DNA of 64,000 nucleotides from Escherichia coli (GTDB lineage Bacteria; Pseudomonadota; Gammaproteobacteria; Enterobacterales; Enterobacteriaceae): NCBI RefSeq assembly GCF_030013595.1, contig NZ_CP122768.1; one strand, 5' to 3'. Shown piece by piece: positions 59,283 to 64,000 of this stretch (position 1 is its first letter; each line of letters starts with the position of its first letter). The notes under the pieces were generated by a model. It saw only the letters and a program-made list of their open reading frames with translations, ran no database searches and was not told where the DNA came from. The position numbers and the translations under genes were made by a program.

Positions 59283-60197
59283 ATGAGCTGGATTGAACGA
59301 ATTAAAAGCAACATTACTCCCACCCGCAAGGCGAGCATTCCTGAAGGGGTGTGGACTAAGTGTGATAGCTGCGGTCAGGTTTTATACCGCGCTGAGCTGG
59401 AACGTAATCTTGAGGTCTGTCCGAAGTGTGACCATCACATGCGTATGACAGCGCGTAATCGCCTGCATAGCCTGTTAGATGAAGGAAGCCTTGTGGAGCT
59501 GGGTAGCGAGCTTGAGCCGAAAGATGTGCTGAAGTTTCGTGACTCCAAGAAGTATAAAGACCGTCTGGCATCTGCGCAGAAAGAAACCGGCGAAAAAGAT
59601 GCGCTGGTGGTGATGAAAGGCACCCTGTATGGAATGCCGGTTGTCGCTGCGGCATTCGAGTTTGCCTTTATGGGCGGTTCCATGGGGTCTGTGGTAGGTG
59701 CACGTTTCGTGCGTGCCGTTGAGCAGGCGCTGGAAGATAACTGCCCACTGATCTGCTTCTCCGCCTCTGGTGGCGCACGTATGCAGGAAGCACTGATGTC
59801 GCTGATGCAGATGGCGAAAACCTCTGCGGCGCTGGCAAAAATGCAGGAGCGCGGCTTGCCGTACATCTCCGTGCTGACCGACCCGACCATGGGCGGTGTT
59901 TCTGCAAGTTTCGCCATGCTGGGCGATCTCAACATCGCTGAACCGAAAGCGTTAATCGGCTTTGCCGGTCCGCGTGTTATCGAACAGACCGTTCGCGAAA
60001 AACTGCCGCCAGGATTCCAGCGCAGTGAATTCCTGATCGAGAAGGGCGCGATCGACATGATCGTCCGTCGTCCGGAAATGCGCCTGAAACTGGCGAGTAT
60101 TCTGGCGAAGTTGATGAATCTGCCAGCGCCGAATCCTGAAGCGCCGCGTGAAGGCGTAGTGGTGCCACCGGTACCAGATCAGGAACCTGAGGCCTGA
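59283..60197 (+). CDS. accD: Acetyl-CoA carboxylase carboxyltransferase beta subunit AccD
   Basis: Start [14 protein letters not shown]...; N-terminal Cys4 zinc ribbon (CDSCGQ...CPKCDHH); 304 aa; ORF track extends upstream to 59199. Confidence 0.9.
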
Positions 60198-60207
60198 TAA
60201 CTGATAA

Positions 60208-60235
60208 GGGCAGGGCCACTGGCTCTGCCCTTTTG
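60208..60235 (+). terminator. Intrinsic terminator after accD
   Basis: Hairpin gggcagggcc...ggctctgccc followed by tttt. Confidence 0.65.
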
Positions 60236-60266
60236 CTATTCTCACCGTAACGAATCAGCGGATACC

Positions 60267-61535
60267 ATGATTATCAAACGCACTCCTCAAGCCGCGTCGC
60301 CTCTGGCTTCGTGGCTTTCTTATCTGGAAAACCTGCACAGTAAAACTATCGATCTCGGCCTTGAGCGCGTGAGCCAGGTCGCGGCGCGTCTTGGCATTCT
60401 GAAACCAGCGCCATTTGTGTTTACCGTTGCGGGTACGAATGGCAAAGGCACCACCTGCCGTACGCTGGAGTCGATTCTGATGGCGGCAGGGTACAAAGTG
60501 GGCGTCTACAGTTCACCGCATCTGGTGCGTTATACCGAGCGCGTACGTGTGCAGGGTCAGGAATTGCCGGAATCGGCCCACACCGCCTCTTTTGCGGAGA
60601 TTGAATCGGCACGCGGTGATATTTCCCTGACCTATTTCGAGTACGGTACGCTGTCGGCGTTGTGGCTGTTCAAGCAGGCACAACTTGACGTGGTGATTCT
60701 GGAAGTAGGGCTGGGCGGTCGTCTGGACGCAACCAATATTGTCGATGCCGATGTCGCGGTAGTAACCAGCATTGCGCTGGATCATACCGACTGGCTGGGG
60801 CCAGATCGCGAAAGCATTGGTCGCGAGAAAGCAGGCATCTTCCGCAGCGAAAAACCGGCAATTGTCGGTGAGCCGGAAATGCCTTCTACCATTGCTGATG
60901 TGGCGCAGGAAAAAAGTGCACTGTTACAACGTCGGGGCGTTGAGTGGAACTATTCCGTCACCGATCATGACTGGACGTTTAGCGATGCTCACGGCACGCT
61001 GGAAAATCTGCCGTTGCCGCTTGTCCCGCAACCGAATGCCGCAACGGCGCTGGCGGCACTGCGTGCCAGCGGGCTGGAGGTCAGTGAAAATGCCATTCGC
61101 GACGGGATTGCCAGCGCAATTTTGCCGGGACGTTTCCAGATTGTGAGCGAGTCACCACGCGTTATTTTTGATGTCGCGCATAATCCACATGCGGCGGAAT
61201 ATCTCACCGGGCGTATGAAAGCGCTACCGAAAAACGGGCGCGTGCTGGCGGTTATCGGTATGCTACATGATAAAGATATTGCCGGAACTCTGGCCTGGTT
61301 GAAAAGCGTGGTTGATGACTGGTATTGTGCGCCACTGGAAGGGCCGCGCGGTGCCACGGCAGAACAACTGCTTGAGCATTTGGGTAACGGCAAATCATTT
61401 GATAGCGTGGCGCAGGCATGGGATGCCGCAATGGCGGACGCTAAAGCGGAAGATACCGTGCTGGTGTGTGGTTCGTTCCACACGGTCGCACATGTCATGG
61501 AAGTGATTGACGCGAGGAGAAGCGGTGGCAAGTAA
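60267..61535 (+). CDS. folC: Dihydrofolate synthase / folylpolyglutamate synthase FolC
   Basis: 422 aa; P-loop TVAGTNGKGTT. Confidence 0.9.
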   Translation: MIIKRTPQAASPLASWLSYLENLHSKTIDLGLERVSQVAARLGILKPAPFVFTVAGTNGKGTTCRTLESILMAAGYKVGVYSSPHLVRYTERVRVQGQELPESAHTASFAEIESARGDISLTYFEYGTLSALWLFKQAQLDVVILEVGLGGRLDATNIVDADVAVVTSIALDHTDWLGPDRESIGREKAGIFRSEKPAIVGEPEMPSTIADVAQEKSALLQRRGVEWNYSVTDHDWTFSDAHGTLENLPLPLVPQPNAATALAALRASGLEVSENAIRDGIASAILPGRFQIVSESPRVIFDVAHNPHAAEYLTGRMKALPKNGRVLAVIGMLHDKDIAGTLAWLKSVVDDWYCAPLEGPRGATAEQLLEHLGNGKSFDSVAQAWDAAMADAKAEDTVLVCGSFHTVAHVMEVIDARRSGGK

Positions 61536-62175
61536 GTTTCAGAATCGGTTAGTGGGCACGATCGTGCTGGTGGCGCTGGGGGTGATTGTACTTCCAGGGC
61601 TGCTGGACGGGCAGAAAAAACATTATCAGGATGAGTTCGCGGCTATCCCGCTGGTGCCGAAAGCGGGCGATCGCGATGAGCCTGATATGATGCCAGCCGC
61701 CACCCAGGCGTTGCCGACGCAGCCGCCGGAAGGCGCAGCGGAAGAGGTGCGGGCAGGTGATGCCGCAGCACCGTCGCTCGATCCGGCCACTATTGCAGCC
61801 AATAACACCGAGTTTGAACCGGAACCTGCACCGGTCGCCCCACCGAAGCCGAAACCGGTGGAGCCGCCGAAACCGAAGGTTGAAGCACCACCTGAGCCGA
61901 AGCCGGTCGTGGAAGAAAAAGCAGCGCCAACGGGTAAAGCCTATGTTGTACAACTGGGCGCACTGAAAAATGCCGATAAAGTGAATGAGATTGTCGGTAA
62001 GCTGCGCGGTGCCGGTTATCGGGTTTATACGTCGCCATCCACGCCAGTGCAGGGTAAAATTACCCGTATTCTGGTTGGGCCGGATGCCTCGAAAGATAAA
62101 CTGAAAGGTTCGCTGGGTGAGTTGAAGCAACTTTCTGGCTTAAGTGGCGTGGTAATGGGCTATACGCCGAATTAA
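61507..62175 (+). CDS. dedD: Cell division protein DedD (SPOR domain)
   Basis: Pro/Lys-rich linker and C-terminal SPOR domain; true start may be the in-frame GTG at 61525 (MASKFQNRLVGT...). Confidence 0.85.
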   Translation: MTRGEAVASKFQNRLVGTIVLVALGVIVLPGLLDGQKKHYQDEFAAIPLVPKAGDRDEPDMMPAATQALPTQPPEGAAEEVRAGDAAAPSLDPATIAANNTEFEPEPAPVAPPKPKPVEPPKPKVEAPPEPKPVVEEKAAPTGKAYVVQLGALKNADKVNEIVGKLRGAGYRVYTSPSTPVQGKITRILVGPDASKDKLKGSLGELKQLSGLSGVVMGYTPN

Positions 62176-62184
62176 TACGGTCTT

Positions 62185-62296
62185 GCCTGATGCGACGCTG
62201 GCGCGTCTTATCAGTCCTGCGCAGGAGTAGAACCGTAGGTCGAATAAGGCGTTCACGCCGCATCCGACACGCATTGCCCGATGCCGCAAAGGCATA
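62185..62296. repeat. BIME / paired REP elements between dedD and cvpA
   Basis: gcctgatgcgacgctggcgcgtcttatcag followed by a second REP-like palindrome (...cgccgcatccgacacgcattgcccgatgccgcaaaggcat). Confidence 0.8.
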
Positions 62297-62433
62297 AAAA
62301 GTCGATGGCGTTGAATATTTTTTCAGCGCCATTTTTATTGATGCGTGGGAAGGAAATCCCTACGCAAACGTTTTCTTTTTCTGTTAGAATGCGCCCCGAA
62401 CAGGATGACAGGGCGTAAAATCGTGGGACACAT

Positions 62434-62922
62434 ATGGTCTGGATTGATTACGCCATAATCGCGGTGATTGCTTTTTCCTCTCTGGTTAGCCTGATCCGCG
62501 GCTTTGTTCGTGAAGCGTTATCGCTGGTGACATGGGGTTGTGCTTTCTTTGTTGCCAGTCATTACTACACTTACCTGTCAGTCTGGTTTACGGGCTTTGA
62601 AGACGAACTGGTTCGAAATGGGATTGCCATCGCGGTACTGTTTATCGCTACCCTGATTGTTGGTGCTATCGTGAACTTCGTGATAGGCCAGTTGGTGGAG
62701 AAAACGGGGTTGTCAGGCACCGATCGGGTGCTGGGCGTCTGTTTCGGTGCGTTGCGCGGTGTGTTGATTGTTGCCGCCATTCTCTTCTTTCTCGACTCCT
62801 TTACCGGGGTGTCGAAAAGCGAAGACTGGAGCAAATCACAGCTAATCCCGCAGTTCAGTTTTATCATCAGATGGTTTTTTGATTATCTGCAAAGCTCGTC
62901 AAGTTTCTTGCCCAGAGCGTAA
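62434..62922 (+). CDS. cvpA: Colicin V production membrane protein CvpA
   Basis: 162 aa, 4 TM; synteny upstream of purF. Confidence 0.9.
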   Translation: MVWIDYAIIAVIAFSSLVSLIRGFVREALSLVTWGCAFFVASHYYTYLSVWFTGFEDELVRNGIAIAVLFIATLIVGAIVNFVIGQLVEKTGLSGTDRVLGVCFGALRGVLIVAAILFFLDSFTGVSKSEDWSKSQLIPQFSFIIRWFFDYLQSSSSFLPRA

Positions 62923-62958
62923 GTGCTCTGAGATGTGGCTTAACGAGGAAAAAGACGT

Positions 62959-64000
62959 ATGTGCGGTATTGTCGGTATCGCCGGTGTTATGCCGGTTAAC
63001 CAGTCGATTTATGATGCCTTAACGGTGCTTCAGCATCGCGGTCAGGATGCCGCCGGCATCATCACCATAGATGCCAATAACTGCTTCCGTTTGCGTAAAG
63101 CGAACGGGCTGGTGAGCGATGTATTTGAAGCTCGCCATATGCAGCGTTTGCAGGGCAATATGGGCATTGGTCATGTGCGTTACCCTACGGCTGGCAGCTC
63201 CAGCGCCTCTGAAGCGCAGCCGTTTTACGTTAACTCCCCGTATGGCATTACGCTTGCCCACAACGGCAATCTGACCAACGCTCACGAGTTGCGTAAAAAA
63301 CTGTTTGAAGAAAAACGCCGCCACATCAACACCACTTCCGACTCGGAAATTCTGCTTAATATCTTTGCCAGCGAACTGGACAACTTCCGCCACTACCCGC
63401 TGGAAGCCGACAATATTTTCGCTGCCATTGCTGCCACAAACCGCTTAATCCGCGGCGCGTATGCCTGCGTGGCGATGATTATCGGCCATGGTATGGTTGC
63501 TTTCCGCGATCCAAACGGGATTCGTCCGCTCGTACTGGGAAAACGTGATATTGACGAGAACCGCACAGAATATATGGTCGCTTCCGAAAGCGTTGCGCTC
63601 GATACACTAGGCTTTGATTTCCTGCGTGACGTCGCGCCGGGCGAAGCGATTTACATCACTGAAGAAGGGCAGTTGTTTACCCGTCAATGTGCTGACAATC
63701 CGGTCAGCAATCCGTGCCTGTTTGAGTATGTATACTTTGCTCGCCCGGACTCGTTCATCGACAAAATTTCCGTTTACAGCGCGCGTGTGAATATGGGCAC
63801 GAAGCTGGGCGAGAAAATTGCCCGCGAATGGGAAGATCTGGATATCGACGTGGTGATCCCTATTCCGGAAACCTCGTGTGATATCGCGCTGGAAATTGCT
63901 CGTATTCTGGGCAAGCCGTACCGCCAGGGCTTCGTTAAAAACCGCTATGTTGGCCGCACCTTTATCATGCCGGGCCAGCAGCTGCGTCGTATGTCCGTGC
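62959..64000 (+). CDS. purF: Amidophosphoribosyltransferase PurF, 5' portion (runs off window end)
   Basis: Begins [33 protein letters not shown] (N-terminal Cys nucleophile); open to window end; absent from the ORF track because no stop is reached. Confidence 0.9.
   Translation, partial: MCGIVGIAGVMPVNQSIYDALTVLQHRGQDAAGIITIDANNCFRLRKANGLVSDVFEARHMQRLQGNMGIGHVRYPTAGSSSASEAQPFYVNSPYGITLAHNGNLTNAHELRKKLFEEKRRHINTTSDSEILLNIFASELDNFRHYPLEADNIFAAIAATNRLIRGAYACVAMIIGHGMVAFRDPNGIRPLVLGKRDIDENRTEYMVASESVALDTLGFDFLRDVAPGEAIYITEEGQLFTRQCADNPVSNPCLFEYVYFARPDSFIDKISVYSARVNMGTKLGEKIAREWEDLDIDVVIPIPETSCDIALEIARILGKPYRQGFVKNRYVGRTFIMPGQQLRRMSV

Noticed and set aside
63019-63393. 124-aa ORF on the minus strand near the window end
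   Set aside because: Lies antisense within the purF coding region, which is open on the plus strand to the window end

Overview
Enterobacterial chromosome, best matching Escherichia coli (K-12-type gene order purF...argW, read here in reverse) carrying the right-hand ~26.6 kb of a mosaic prophage integrated at tRNA-Arg argW. The left prophage end lies outside the window. Positions 1-3600 are a lambda-type late-control and lysis module (ybcO-like, rusA, ninH, Q, pR'/6S/tR', S, R, Rz/Rz1) with two tRNA-like genes inserted just after tR'. Positions 3900-19430 are a P22-like (Lederbergvirus-type) packaging and virion module (rha, small and large terminase, portal, scaffold, coat, gp4/gp10/tail needle, gp14, ejection proteins gp7/gp20/gp16). 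Positions 19440-23300 are the accessory (immI/sieA-equivalent) locus with several small low-GC moron genes plus mnt-arc-ant, followed by a tailspike, an IntS-type integrase and argW. The most notable candidate is a compact two-gene operon at 20012-20879: a DUF4065/Panacea-like putative antitoxin with an uncharacterised downstream partner, flanked by a promoter-like AT-rich region and a strong terminator, which I read as a prophage-borne toxin-antitoxin/abortive-infection module. Positions 26815-64000 are conserved core genes (yfdC, mlaA, yfdF, fadL, yfcZ, fadIJ, sixA, the yfc chaperone-usher fimbrial operon, smrB, prmB, aroC, mepA, yfcA, epmC, yfcL, mnmC, fabB, yfcJ, flk, pdxB, usg, truA, dedA, accD, folC, dedD, cvpA, purF 5' part) with REP elements and intrinsic terminators. 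No CRISPR array or IS element was seen. All homology statements rest on recognition from memory of well-known proteins, not on database searches. Coordinates of features read directly from the sequence lines may be off by 1-2 nt.
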